DNA from: Bugula neritina
Lineage: Eukaryota > Animalia > Bryozoa
Reading direction: 5' to 3'
Assembly (NCBI GenBank): GCA_964035545.1
Contig: OZ037771.1
Coordinates: 2,801,628-2,865,627, forward strand
DNA length: 64,000 bases
A program made the position numbers and the translations under genes. Of this stretch, positions 14,601-28,500 are shown piece after piece; the first letter of the stretch is position 1; each line of letters starts with the position of its first letter. Below the pieces are notes generated by a model that was not told the DNA's origin, did not search any database, and worked only from the letters and a program-made list of their open reading frames with translations.

Positions 14601-15709
14601 AAACTGTGCAGTTGTAGAGGCAGCAGTGGCAGCATCTAATGTAGTGACCTTAGTTGATGGGTTGACTAAACCATGCTAACCAGGTTACTCCAAAGAGTGA
14701 ATCATTTTTAGCACACCATGTAGAAGCAAGAATGTGAAGAGTTATACCAACCAAGAGGTTGGGAGAAGCGCAAAAAAGTTCTAAGCTGTAGCAACAATCA
14801 ACAGGTTGCGAACTTCAAAGATGTCCATAGATTACAAATGTACACATACATCAGATCTATTAAACCACTTTAGCCGGGATTAGCAGAGATGTAATTAAGG
14901 TGTCGAGGATTACTTAAAATGCCTGAGAAAGTATCTCTCCAGTAGCTACACTCTGTCCTTATCACACAACACAGACTAATATATCACTTCTTTGTCACCC
15001 AACAACCTCTTAGCAGTCACTCCACTCAACTTTCATCAAAGTGATCCCCTCCATCATTTCTACCTCAACTTCATTTCAGAGTACAGAATCTGCACATCTC
15101 ACTGAATGGCAACAAGCAATCAAAATTTGCGTAGAAAAATCTTTTTATCCGTTATTGTAGGATAATCTCCACTTTCAGTTTCATTTTTAATAAACACTCC
15201 AAACTTTGCTATATTGGTTTTATCTTGAAGTCACAAATACTAACTAGAGTGTACTGTAGCAGCTAAAAGTAGCAAGCTGCCCCTACTCCAGTGACTGTCA
15301 AAGAGATAATCAAATTACAAGGTGCATGAGTCATCAAGGTCACCTCAAGGTTACCCACTATAATCTATATGTACCCATTACACTGTTACCCCATTACACC
15401 TGGGCTATATAGTGCTAGAATATGGAGTGTTACACTTACCTTTGGAAAGGTGAAGGTTTGGCTACATGAGGGACACTTAGTGGATATGGTGGTGGGCCTG
15501 GGGTGGTCTGAGCTGTCCCCATTGCTGGATGCCCCGCTACTACTCACATCTATCCCACTGCTACTCGTGAAGTGGTTAGAGAACGCATCACCACCGCTGT
15601 CGTGAGAGTCCGTGCCACATATAGAACTAGCATTGCTTGGTGACGTAATGTTTGTAGCCGGCTGGTAGTTTGGTGAGGTGACAGAAGATGTTACCGTGTC
15701 ACTTGCCAT
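5643..15709 (-). CDS. brat: Brain tumor (Brat)/NCL-1-type TRIM-NHL protein: RING, B-box1, B-box2, coiled coil, NHL beta-propeller
   Basis: Phase-consistent minus-strand exons: 15440-15709 (ATG), 14297-14462, 13946-14128, 13571-13680, 12917-13050, 12032-12158, 10683-10907, 10409-10556, 9777-9902, 9031-9231, 8269-8454, 7942-8096, 6486-6645, 6160-6287, 5643-5831 (stop). NHL region KSQIKRQKMIYRCKFGEFG..QFSEPSGVAVNAQGDIIVADTNNHRIQIFD..LLYPNRVAV..TERSPTHQVQI..LQHPRGVTVD..HLEFPNGVVVND..NYPIGVGIN..ALESKVKHAQCFDVAL..SKDYRLYIYKY is near-identical to remembered Drosophila Brat NHL. Confidence 0.95.
5843..6040. repeat. (CTA/CTG)n degenerate trinucleotide repeat in last brat intron
   Basis: tactactattagtactactaccact...gctgctgctgctactgctac; abuts the acceptor at 5832. 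Confidence 0.9.
10326..10385. repeat. 20-bp tandem repeat (acaataaacaagtactagac) x3
   Basis: Directly visible, about 25 nt from the brat donor at 10408. Confidence 0.9.
13717..13810. repeat. 19-bp tandem repeat (agttacatagtaatatata) x about 5
   Basis: Directly visible in the brat intron between the B-box exons. Confidence 0.9.
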
Positions 15710-17079
15710 TATCCCAAATTACTTGATAAAAGATCATGAATTAAAACTTCTCTAAAAACAAACAAAAACTTCCAGTGAGAAACGCTCAGAAAATGAAGTG
15801 AGTAAGCTTTAGCAAGTCCTGAATTTCTCAGCTTTTCTTTCCCAAAACTTGTACAACATGAAATACATAAAAGATAGCTGCAATAGCACTAAAGCTTGCA
15901 GATTAGAATACTGCAAAAATGCATGATAAAGCTTTTCAGTTATTTGAATAAAATGTAAAAAAAGCTGCCAAATGAAAATTTCCACAATTCTAAACTTAAT
16001 ATTCTTAAAACTTATCTAATAGTGTTTTGCTACAAAATATACAACTCTGCTACCATCTTAATATCTAAAACTAAAATGACTAAATAAGAGTTGAAATTAT
16101 GTAAAAACCTGAAAACATGTTATCAATATCAAACATTACCTTACCAATTGTAGAATATTTCTAATTGAATCATGAAATTTTTTTTGAGACTTAGCTTACA
16201 TTTGAATCAAGCAATTTGCATAAATAAAGCGGAGAATTCATAGCGCCGGTTGGTAACCATTTAAGGAAAGTTTTAGCATTTTTATATAAATGTTATATAG
16301 ACAGCAAAATATTCTAGTATAGATCTATATGGTGCTTTAAACTGATGTTAGATAATCAGTCAGCTATCGGTATAAATAGGGTTACCAAGATGAGTATCAT
16401 TAATCAATGCTATGCCCTATGGCAACAGTCATAGACTTAATGATAGTTAAACTGATGGCATATCCACACTGCAACTGTCATCACACACAAAAAATATAAT
16501 TGTAACAGCTGAGGCCTAATGAAAACTATCTTAATGATAAAAAAGTAATGAAATAATCGTGTATTATTAAATGACAAAAAATGAGAGGCCCACGATGAGC
16601 CACTTTAATAACATGCCTAGGATGAAATGGAAAGCCAATATTTAACAAACAATCTGAATTATCCGATTACATTTTAATTATTTTTATTAAATTGCCAACA
16701 AAATAATAATTTTAAGGCAAGTTTAATGTTATAGGTTTGAATTAGAGGTGGTGTTAAATATATTTACCAATTCATACAGGGTAAGAGCTATCAATTTTAT
16801 AACTAAAAATATAGTAACAGTGAACTATCGCAACCAGTGAATCACAATGAATGTTTCATCTTTTTACAACTTGAATCATGGGTATATTACTGAATAATAA
16901 CTTAAACCAAGCTTTTGGTTCTTGAATTATGCCATATCTTTATGTCTATTACCATGAGCATAAATATATTTACAACATAATTATTAGTATTACTAGTTCA
17001 ATAGCATTTAATTTTATAATTTTATAGATTAATAATTATATTAAATCAACATTTATATCCACTATTAATTGCTTATACT

Positions 17080-17920
17080 AATACTAATAGCAATAAAAAT
17101 AAAGTAATTAGCAACACCAATCACTAATATCATTAGTATTAGTAATAGTTATAGAAATGCTATCAGCAATAGTAGTATTAATATTATTAATATTAGTATT
17201 AATATTACTATTAGTACTATTGCTACTACTAATAAATTTATTTGCAATACTTATACTTTTATAGCCTATAGTAATAGTATAGGTATTCTTAGTCTTAGTC
17301 ATAGTTATACTAATAGTAATACTTATAGTTATACTAATACTAATAGTAATACTTAATTTAAGTTACAGTTATACGAGTAGTAAGCTACTAGTACTAGTAG
17401 TAGTACAACTACAACTACAAACAGTTTGATGACTAATGAACATTACTAGTAGTGACTAATAGTAATACTAATACTAATACTGAGTAATAGTAATACTAAT
17501 ACTAATAGTAATAGTAAACTGAAACTCTAAATTCACTAAATGCAAGACTAAGAGTTAGAGTAAGACTAATGACTAATGTCAATGAGTAATGAGTAACTGT
17601 ACTTGTTATTGTACTTGTAGTGTCCAAAGAATTACTAAATTAGCAATACTAAGACTAAGAGTAACTGACTAACTCTATTACTTGTAGTTGTAGTAATACA
17701 GTAAAACTAAAAGTAAATAAAACCAAGAGTAAGAGTAAATAATAGGACAATGACAACTAGTTCTAGACTTAGACTACTAGTAGTGCTACTACTAGTAGTA
17801 GTACTACTCTATTACATTTACTATTAGTATTACTAGTAGTAATAATTAATAGTAATACTAACAGTCTATTACTATTACTATTAGTAGGCCTACTATTAGT
17901 ATTAGTATTAGTATTACTGA
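17080..17920. repeat. Long degenerate (TAG/TAC/TAA)-rich low-complexity tract between brat and E74
   Basis: Repeated agtaatactaat/actagtagtagt words over about 800 bp. Confidence 0.8.
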
Positions 17921-19503
17921 GTTTGAGTTTAGTCTCCAAAGCACGCATAAAGTTTTACTTTTAAATTATTTAATACTATTAAAATTGAGGTATTTGTAAT
18001 AGTGTAAACGGGAGCACATACCATTAGAACTTGGAACGAGAACAAGCACCTAAGTTGAAATGCTAACTTTTCATAATATTTACATTTACAGTTCGCTATA
18101 AAAAATGGTTCGCTTGTGCGGCTTCCTGTGATTTTGTGTGCATCTAGGCATTTGCTTGGGTTTGAGACTATAACTAAACAGATGGCGCCAATAATAACCT
18201 TGGATCCTGCAATTCTGTAGTCTTTTGATCTCTTTACTGACTAAAGTAACATTATTCGCCGAATAAAGCCACTGTTAAGCGTTGGTCCACAAACTAGATA
18301 AATGTATCCAAGCACTAGTTATTATTTCAGTGTATCTAAGCTTCTAATCATTTGACCAATTAGCGCCCACAGCTTTTGTCAACAAGAATAGATACAAGGT
18401 ATTACAACTCTGAATTATATCAACAATTGTTTCAGGCATTTACTCGGAAATGGTAAATAAGGAGCTAGAAAAATAATGCTAAGTTGTTCAAACAAATTAG
18501 CATCATATTATTGTAGTTTTGTTTTTAAACAGCAAATTCTAATACACTTTTATTAAATTACCTAATGTGATTAGTAAATCCTGTTTCAAACACAATGACT
18601 GTGTAATGTAAATTTGTTCATTTTACTTGAAACATAACCCTTGCTGGTTTCTATATTTACAGTTAGCTCAAGGCCCATAATTTATTTGCACAACTCTTTC
18701 TAAACCATTATCCTTGAGACTTCAAGACAAGCCATAACACTGCAATAATTCATAGAAATGCATATTCTAATATACTACAGTTGCTTTCAATGCTGTCATT
18801 ACAGTTACAATGGTTCTAGGACTAATGGAAGCACAGCAAACTGCTTGTTACATTATAAGTGATTTATTAGAAATTAGATAATAGTACACTGATTGAGTTT
18901 AGTGTATTTAAAAAAGTGTAAGCACAAAAATTTATACGTAAAGGAAAATATATCAGAATGCAATATAAGTACTTTAAAGTTAATGTGCACCACCTCAGTA
19001 TAGATACATGCGTGGGGAAGCCTACACTAAATATCTCAACGGAATAAAACACTAAACTAGTATAAAAATGTAATATTATTAAACTAAATATAATATAAAA
19101 TTACCTGTACATATAATATGTTGGTATATTTAATGTAGAAATCCAAAAATTACTATCTAAGCACATTTTTGTACATTTACAAGAATTGCATTTAATTACA
19201 TTAGTTCATTGAATTTGAGCAGAAGGGCATCAATGAAATACAATAAGCAATTACAGCAATGCAAATAATATATATATATATTAGATTCCAAGGAAACGTA
19301 ACTCCTGGAATGTTATATAATAGCTAAAATGTTTGGAAAGTAGGCGCAATGAATCTGATAATTATAGTGAATATTTGAGCACCAAAGAACCTCTCAACAG
19401 TTTATATCCGTGTACTGGAGACGAATGCACCAGAAGACCAGTCTGGAGGGCGTGCTGCCGGCGAGGCCGCTGACTCTATCTCTTTACTTCAAGCTATGGT
19501 GGC

Positions 19504-22500
19504 TCATATTGTTGAACAGTCTATTTCTATAATATTTTTTGGCACTTCCGCAAACTGATACACAAGTCGCTGGCCATCAACCTTGTTCAGTATGCCTCGG
19601 GCATAATAATACCTAAAACATGAAATTCTCATTAATAACTAGAGAATGATGTATACCTGGGCAGGTTTCAGCAGTGTCTGGCATGCAGTTCAGATAAATA
19701 ACATTTAAAATTGCAAATCATAGTTGTGCATGTGCACATCCTAGTCCACTCTGCCAACTCCCAACGATGTTGGGCAGACAATAACAGGCTATGAATCATT
19801 TCACAATTATTTGTAATTAACTACAAGTAATAAAAGAGAAAGCTATAGGCTGAAAAGGGTTCAGGAGGGAATACAACTCCTTACTGAATGGTATTAGAAT
19901 ATAATCTGTATCTCATGGTATATAGGCCAAGTGGAATGAATGAAAGATTGTCTATTGGACTATCAAGGAAGTACATATAAATGAATATGTTTGAAGGACC
20001 TTACTGCACTCAATCTGGCCTCTTCGTGCACATAAGTTTGTACTACAGTACTCCCTCCATACCTCATGAACCTAGCTCTTACGAAATCCCATAGGCCACG
20101 AGAAGGGCTTGAACCTCGTTTTGTGGCTTATGTACGTGTGTATAGAGACAAAATGGCCGAATTTATTGAATCCGTGAGTTAAATCCGGTATTCTACTGTT
20201 TCACCACGAATCGAGGTTTCAAGACCCGCAACTTGGTGAGGTACGGAGGGCGCACTGTATTTGCTAATTGATTACCAACCTTGATAAATAATAGCTAAGA
20301 TACTTCATTTAGAAAACCACCTCACCTTAGTGCACGGCCCATAGTTTCATAGTTCATGTCGGGTTTGTTTTTATGGATACCCCATAGCTTGGAGACAGCC
20401 TTAGAGTCAACTAGTTTAAATATTCCCCTTTCTCTGTTGCTCCATTTAATGTACCTGGGACAGGTATCTTTATTCTGTAGAAGTTGTAGGAGAAATTCCC
20501 ACAGGTATGTTGTACTACCTAAAAAGTACAAATTTATATTTAATAATAATACATTTAGTAAATAATAACAATTAGTAAACGTAAATTATAGAAAGGTAGA
20601 AAAGGTTTTACTTGGACACAATTAGCATAGGAAATAGACTTAATATCAGACAAGCCAATTCTGTTAAGTCATAGGAAATGAGAGAATATCCTGATTCATT
20701 ATGAGATAGTATTAGTGAGATACTTATGCTAGTAGTGATAGATATGTACTTCCCCAAAACAATGCAAGGAAACATAGAAAAGTTACGTAAGCCATTATCT
20801 GGTCGAATATTAAACATGGACATTATAATAAATTCAAAAATTATAATGAGGGAAAAGAAACTTCCAATTTCTCCTTATCCGTTCCAGTTTTTGCAATGAC
20901 AAAAAAATCTAATTACTCAACAGAAAAAAGCATGTCATTTCACTGGCCAACTTGTTGAAGTAATAAAACTAGGAGCTCACTTTCTCTCTTCCTCTTCATG
21001 AGGGGGCCAGCTGACTGGCCGTCATACTCTGTGCTGTCAACGTGCTGCCTCTTCATGTGATTGGACAAGTTTACGACGTGCGAGTGCTGCCGAGATAGAA
21101 CATAGCTAGACTGGATGGAATCTACAATGTCAACACCACAAAGTTACACACCAAGTCCTGACATGAAGCTGCAGGTGATAAACCTCTACCAGACACGTCC
21201 AGTTAATTAGTCTGATATAAAGTTTAGACTGTGACTCATCAACTAACCTGGATGTACTGCGAGATTTGTGGCTATACTGGGAGACGTGGATGTATCGATG
21301 GTATTCTTACGAGCCATTTGTATGGTAGTCTTGGTGTAGGGAGATGTGATCATGTAGCTAGACACTATTGGTAGAGTCAACACGTGACCTGCAACACACG
21401 CAGTGCAGTTCCTTATATAAGCCGGATGTTTGCCTGACCTGATTAACGGCCTTCCACAATGATAAACTGACAGAATAAGGTTAACGCATGTCATGTCTTA
21501 GAATCAGTCAGAGAATCTGGTAAATGAGGGGCACAAACTGAACAGTGTCAATATATAGGGATTAGCATGCCCTCCCAGCTTCCATGTATATTTTTAGCCA
21601 GAAAATAGTCAACACGATTACAGGCACTTGGCATCTTCCACCAAGCAAAAAGAATCCAATTCAGGGCTAATACATAAGACAGTAGTGTTTGGTGCAGAAG
21701 TAAAACCAACCGTTAGTGTTGATCAAGTTATACTGTTTCTTAGCCTCGTCGCTGCTGCTGCTGCTGTCCAGGTCTGAGACGCCGCTGTCGGCTGGACTCA
21801 CTGGGATGCTGGTCACTGAAGAATCATACAAGAACATGTTCAGCACACCTCCAACATGAGGACAGTACGTGTGACAAGCTGAGATATTTGGAAAGACTCA
21901 TAAAATTGCAAGTAATTGACTAAGTTCAGAGGTGAATGGTGTACTCAAGTTCCTTCCTCATAGTGCAACTCAAACAGGATGTCTGACTTTAGAGTAATTT
22001 ATAGCCCTATTAGCTGTCAGATTGGGGAGGAAGAAGTTAGGATTATTACACAGCCATTACTAAGCAATAATTATAATGAGTGTATGAACATGTTTTCCCA
22101 TGAAATTCTAAAGAAATAATTCTCCCACCCACAAGGAAGTTGACCAATGAACATATCTTTCATTATATGGATACACAGGCTAGGCTGGGTGGGGTGGGGG
22201 ACTAGGTGGGAATGGAAACAGGTGGGAAGAGGCAACTTACCTGTTTTTGATTGTGGTGTAGGCGTGTTGCCGTTTGTAACTGCACTGTTGAGTAAAGTAC
22301 GGGAATCGTTTGAACTGCCGGGAGAGTCCATGGATATAAGAGTCTGCGCAGCCTGACTTCCTGTTTCACAGATATCAGCTAAAAATAGGAACAGTTGAAC
22401 TATAGAAATACTAACTAATACAAACAGTTGAACTATAAACATGGGAGATACACAGTAACTAATGCAACTAGACACGGGATCCTAGAGAATTAATAAAGTT

Positions 22501-25500
22501 GCATCACTGAGCAGATGTCATAGATATGTCAGTAGATGCTGTCAGATGTATGTATAAGATGACCGAGTAGAGAGTGAACATGAAGAAGTATGATGTCCCC
22601 AGCCGACCAACAAGTTTCTCAGCGTTATGTAACAGTCACACCACAGAAAAAAATGAGTTTGTCACTCATTATGTTACTGGTTTCAGTTTGTCTCGCAGTT
22701 ATTCAGTCTTACCATGATATCTCTTTATCAATGATTTTTTATAGGAAGAGCAGTTGGTGGTAGTCAAGTCTAGCGCTGCTGAAAGCTCTTCATTCTCTTC
22801 AGCAGAAGAACTTAGCGTTGCCGTTTCTGAACTCTGAAGCATCGCGAGTCGTTGAGACGATGTCAGCAGAAAGTGCTCGTGACTCAAGAGAAAAGGCATG
22901 GCCATCGCCATATATGGGTGAAGCAACGCATTGGTCTGCTGGTTAGAATTGATATCCTTGCTGTACGAGTCCATTAAAGTAGTATCCAGTGATGTGTATT
23001 CAGAGGAAGTCATAGTAGCAGAAGTAGTGGGTTGTAAACAAAATGGTGGGTGATAAGAAAAATCTGTGCTTCCCCATCGACTTAGACAGTGAAAATGACA
23101 ACAGCCCGAGGAGAGCCGTGCTGCGAGAATGAATGACACTAGTCTATAAATAATTTATGGAAATCCTGACGGGTCTATTTATACCACGTGACCAGGCATG
23201 CTGATTCATGTAAGGTCGGATTACTATTTCGCAATCAGTTGCTCAATGAAGCGAACGGGATATAAATGAATTGTAGAACGGGTTACCACATCTGTCATTA
23301 CAGTGCTAATAAAGCAGGACCAATGCGGAAATGTTAGCAGTGACATCACAATTATAATAAACCCAGTATTTCCTCTATTGCACAACTTAAGGTGTTTGTA
23401 AACAATCCTGATGTCATAAATAATTAAATACAGCCTCAACAGATTCTAAGCATAACAGGAACAATTTCCAGTAACACCATATAACTCCGGTATTGGGCAA
23501 CAGAAGAAAGTATTATCATTTGTTTAATTACCCAAATATTTGAAGCTTGCTAGAAATTACCTAATTCTAACTCTAACAAAAATAAAACAAAGTATATCTA
23601 GCAAATGTCATGGATAATAAAAGCCTCACCGAAAAAATGCACCTGCCTGACTACAGGGGGGGGGGGGCAATTTCTAGTGAAGTTATAATTAATTATTAGA
23701 AGATGAGATGTTTTACTTAGTCAAAGAACTATGGCTACGCTTTACATGAGAAGAAAGGATGCACAACTCCCAAAATCAAATAGAAATAGTAAAACTGAAG
23801 AAGCTTCAGAAATATAACACCAGATGGTAGGACATGCTTTGTGGAAAGAGACATTATGTAACATTACAGTCATTACATGGCATTAGCCTCACCAAGTGAT
23901 CATTACACAGAGCTACAGACAAACAGCAATGTCAAGACACAAACAATAAAATATAGAGTCCAAGCTACAGTAGCATTTTTCCTCCTAAAACAAACATACC
24001 CAGAACAACAAACAATTATCAAATAAAACAAACTGTAACAAAAGCCTCTTGGTCTCCCATTTGTTTAGTTGAAATAGTTATAGTAATAAATTTAAACAAG
24101 TCATTTGGATAAAAACAATGACAACACTTAAAACTCAAGCAGTTGGCTATTGATACCGGCACTTCTTTTCACGGTGTAAGCTGAAATAAACTACCACTTG
24201 TACTTCAACTCCCCACTTATCTAACTTCACAATCAAAAGCTGTGCATCATGGTTACTACATCATGGAGTTATCACCCCCACATATTTCCTCCTAACCCTA
24301 AAGTTAATTAAGAGTTACTAGCTGAAACTAATTAACTTCTTCAGGTTACATAAGGAATTAATAAGTTATTGCAGAATGAGTAAGACTTGGCGTCATGAGT
24401 GTGTTTTGAACAAAGAACAGCATAAAACAGAAAAAAAACAAGTAGTTCAGTGAGCTACCACTCATCATGTCTAATCATAGTAAACTAAAAGCCTAGCATA
24501 CAGCTACTGCAATCATAATATGAGAAGCAAAACATGGCTTCCCAGGTAGATGTGGCTACTCAGTGAAACCACGTAGAGATAGTGGCCTAGATTTTTAGCC
24601 AATCGTAGCCTGTGATGCTTAGTAGTTGTTGGGTCAACAACTAGTGACATAAAACTACCACTCGCACCATCAATCACCTGGCTAGGAGTAGCAGTACACG
24701 TATTGCTTGCTGCTTTATACCTATAGCTAACCTGTACAAAAACTGAATCACACAAAACTGATTCGATTCTAAAGAGTCTTTGGTTGCCATTAGACTTTGT
24801 TTTGATAATAGAGACTCCATGACAACTGGCTTACCAGAAAATCCCAGAAAAGTTCATTACAGGCAAAAATCATATTGATTTCAGTTAATCTTGATTGCAC
24901 TACATTACCGTACTGGGGTGTAGGTGCCCAGTAGCCAGTGACTGTTAAACTAACTGTATTTTGAATAAACCCAGCTAAGTAAGATGGCACCAGCAAGTCG
25001 CAGCACAGCTGGTAGGGCGACATAGATATTATAGAGCAACTGAATTCTATTCAATAGCCTGAAGCACCTAAGGTCATTATTTATTAAAAGATGCAACTTG
25101 AACTCCGAATTTGAGAGAGGTAAATTATCTAAAATTTGCATTTTACCATTCAGACCTGTTTATAGAATTGGGACCTAAATCATTCCAGTTTCAAGTGCTA
25201 ATGAAAAACCAGGTGCATTAGACAGCTAATTCTTTATACTAATAAGTTACTAATACTACTACGGGCATGTAGTCCCAGCTAAGGAATACATCAACTGAGT
25301 TTGATAATCCAGCCACGTTCACTACTACATCAAGCTCACTATTGCATCATGCTAGAGAACTATCAATTCAATCAGAGTCAAAAATGGCCCAATACTTATT
25401 CGTTTTAACCGATGCTTGGATGAATATATAGCCATGAAACGGAAACCAAACCAAAATGATTAATTTATCAACATACCTAGGTCGTTTTTAAAATTCAGAT

Positions 25501-28500
25501 TAACTTTGTTGATGATATACAGGAATAAATGGTACTAAAAGTCATACCCATATTAATTTAGCACTGATAAATTACTAGTTCTAGTAGATACGTGTTATCT
25601 AACTGAAACTACATGGAATTATATTTTTTTTAATAAATAGTTATAATCATAGGCTATTTCATAAGTTATACTCATATCTAATATAAATCACTGACTTTAT
25701 AAATTCAAAACTTTGCATAACTAATTAATATTTTGGCTTGAGTTAGGGTTATGCTAAGATTTGAAATAAAAATACCTACCAATTCTTATTCATATTATTA
25801 TTACCAAATCTTACTGTATTTGCCTAGCCCCATGTCTTAGGAATCAAAGTCAAACTATACTTATACTAAATCGAATACCTAATAGTAATACCAAGTCGAA
25901 TAGTAATAGTTATTTGTTATACTTAGACTTATAGTTATAGGGTTATACTTATGCTATATGCATAGTCCACAGTTGATAAGGTATAACAAAAATTCTATGC
26001 TAATAATGATATTATACTTGGCTTATAGCAGTACACACATACTCATAGGCTATGCCATTACAAGTGACAGCTTCACTTTGAATTTGAATTTCCTTACGAC
26101 TAACATTAACAGTAACACTAACTCAAACTGTATAGCATAATTAAGTGATACTAACTGAAACGCTACCCAAACAGGACAATGCAGGGATAGGTGAGAATAA
26201 GTGGTACTAACTGAAACGCTACCCAAACAGGACAATGCAGGGATAGGTGAGAATAAGTGGTACTAACTGAGTAACTACTCTAAGTATAACTATTGCTATC
26301 ACTACTAGTAGAGAAGTACTAGGTCTACTGCAGTGCTACTACTAGCAAGTACTACTTGCTAACAGTAGTAGAAGTAGTAGTAGTAGTACTAGTAGAAGTA
26401 GCATTATGATTAACTTTAAGTGACTATGATATACATTAGGATTAAATTCAATAATTATATTATTATATTCATAACAAAACTGATTTAAAATTACATTATA
26501 ATAACATTAACTTTAATAATTATGCTAAAGTAAAACTATAACTACAAGTCTACTGAGTTACTAGTGTTAGTGTTATTGTTAGTCTAAAACTCAAACTGAA
26601 TGATTAGTATTACGATAGACGCCAAATTATTGCGGTTATATGTAAAATATTGAATAGTATATTGTCTACATATTAAATAAAATTTACCAGCCGCGAGAAG
26701 TAGCTCAAGACCATTTCTAGAAGCTGAAGTTTTAGTATAAGTTTGTTCCGACATCGTGTTAGAGTTTACTCAGCCTCGAAGTTGGCACGCGTTTCCTTCA
26801 TCTATCGCGGTACGATACGCAAACAACAGAAACAAATTCAGCGCTAGCATAACTCAAAGTTATATAATTTAACCTTAGTTGCGTATACTATATCAATTAT
26901 GCGTCTGTATTAAAATAATTTTCAATTATAAATCATGTTCTATTTCCAACCCAGTCTTCGCAATTGATAAACAAATACATTTATGTCTTCGCGCATTCTT
27001 TTCCTAAAATGTAAATCGGCTATACCATTTCCTGGTTATAACACGTGAGTAGTAGTAACACACCAATGCGTTGCAATACCTTTACGATAACTACGTTGAT
27101 TAGCGTATGTGAAGTAGTAGTACTAGTAGATTCCGGGTACAGTTGCCGCGCCACCTGGGGCGGAATATTAGCAAATAGTTCAACTTTTACGCTAATAGTG
27201 ATTTATATACATAATGCAATCCGAAATAATTATAATAGTAATACTAATATAGGCGCAGAAAATAATTTAAATTGAATAATAAATACTCGGTCTAGTACTA
27301 CTAGTACTGGCTACTGCTAGTATGAGTATCTGTAAAACCTAAAGTTAAACTAAAAGTACATGTGATACTTTGGGCTTAACCACATACTATTATTATTACA
27401 TTCACAGTTAGTGTAACTGAACAGTTATAGAATGTTAATTTATTAGTCAACACTCTTCAAGTTCATGGAAATGAAGTTCATTTCCCAAAACCAAAACAAT
27501 AACCTAACAATTGTTTATTATATAAATGAATACTAACAACTACTAAAATTTAAAAGTTAAGAATCTCTAAAATCTTGATAAAATGTGCTCAGACAGTGGT
27601 TTAAGAAGTTATGCAGAATAATATTATGGTGTTACTACTATAAGTCACCTCATGAATCATATTTGAGAGTTGTCTTTTCTTGAGTACACCTGAGCGTATA
27701 TTATGAAGGTGTAAAAATATTACTATTTCCACTTCGATTAGGTTGTCCCCTAAAGCTGCTACATAGAGCAATGATATAGCAACTGTTGGTACTAGTAATT
27801 TTTGTGAGATTAACTAACTAAAACTGTATTCAACAGAGTTTTTAGATATGCTATTTTAGTCATACTAATCTTCACAAGTTTATAGCCGTTAAGCTTCAAT
27901 ACAAAAAATATTTTGATGAAGTTTAAGCATTATTAAGAACTCCTTTTGCATGCACTTCGCTACAAATGCATGAGCTAAAACTGCCAGAAAACTTTTACTG
28001 GTACTACGTAATTTGTAAAAATTTGTAATGTTAAGAAGTTATCTGTTCACTCAATGCCTTTCAAAATGAAAGGACAACTTCTATTAATTCCACGAATTAT
28101 TTGAAGTACAAATGCATTCATTCAAAATTGCATTCCAAGTAGAACTAGTAGAGTTAGGGTAGGTCTAATCACCATGACTTTGACGATTTAATTTTACAAT
28201 TCAATGCCAATTAAATTATAATAATTGATGTGAACAATACAAGCAGATCATATTACACCATTAGACAGGTTAAACAAAGTGTTAAAAAATTGATAAAAAT
28301 TTAAAACACTAAAAAAATCATTTTAGCAACACAAACAGCCTATAAGCTGTTGGTGTGTCTTGCAGGAATCTATAAGATTTATTTGCAAAATTCAGTGACT
28401 TTGCAGGCTCAAATCATTATTGGTTACAATCTTTTTACTCATCAAACTTGACTTTATATCCTTTCGCTAGAAACGGTCAAGAGTCAGGGAAGGCAGGCAA

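Noticed and set aside
24301-24340. AT-rich inverted repeat (aagttaatta...taattaactt) as a possible miRNA or Helitron hairpin
   Set aside because: Short AT-only stem expected by chance; no mature-miRNA-like arm or Helitron termini recognised.
26143-26270. Direct repeats as a possible CRISPR array
   Set aside because: Contiguous identical units with no unique spacers, in a eukaryotic intron.
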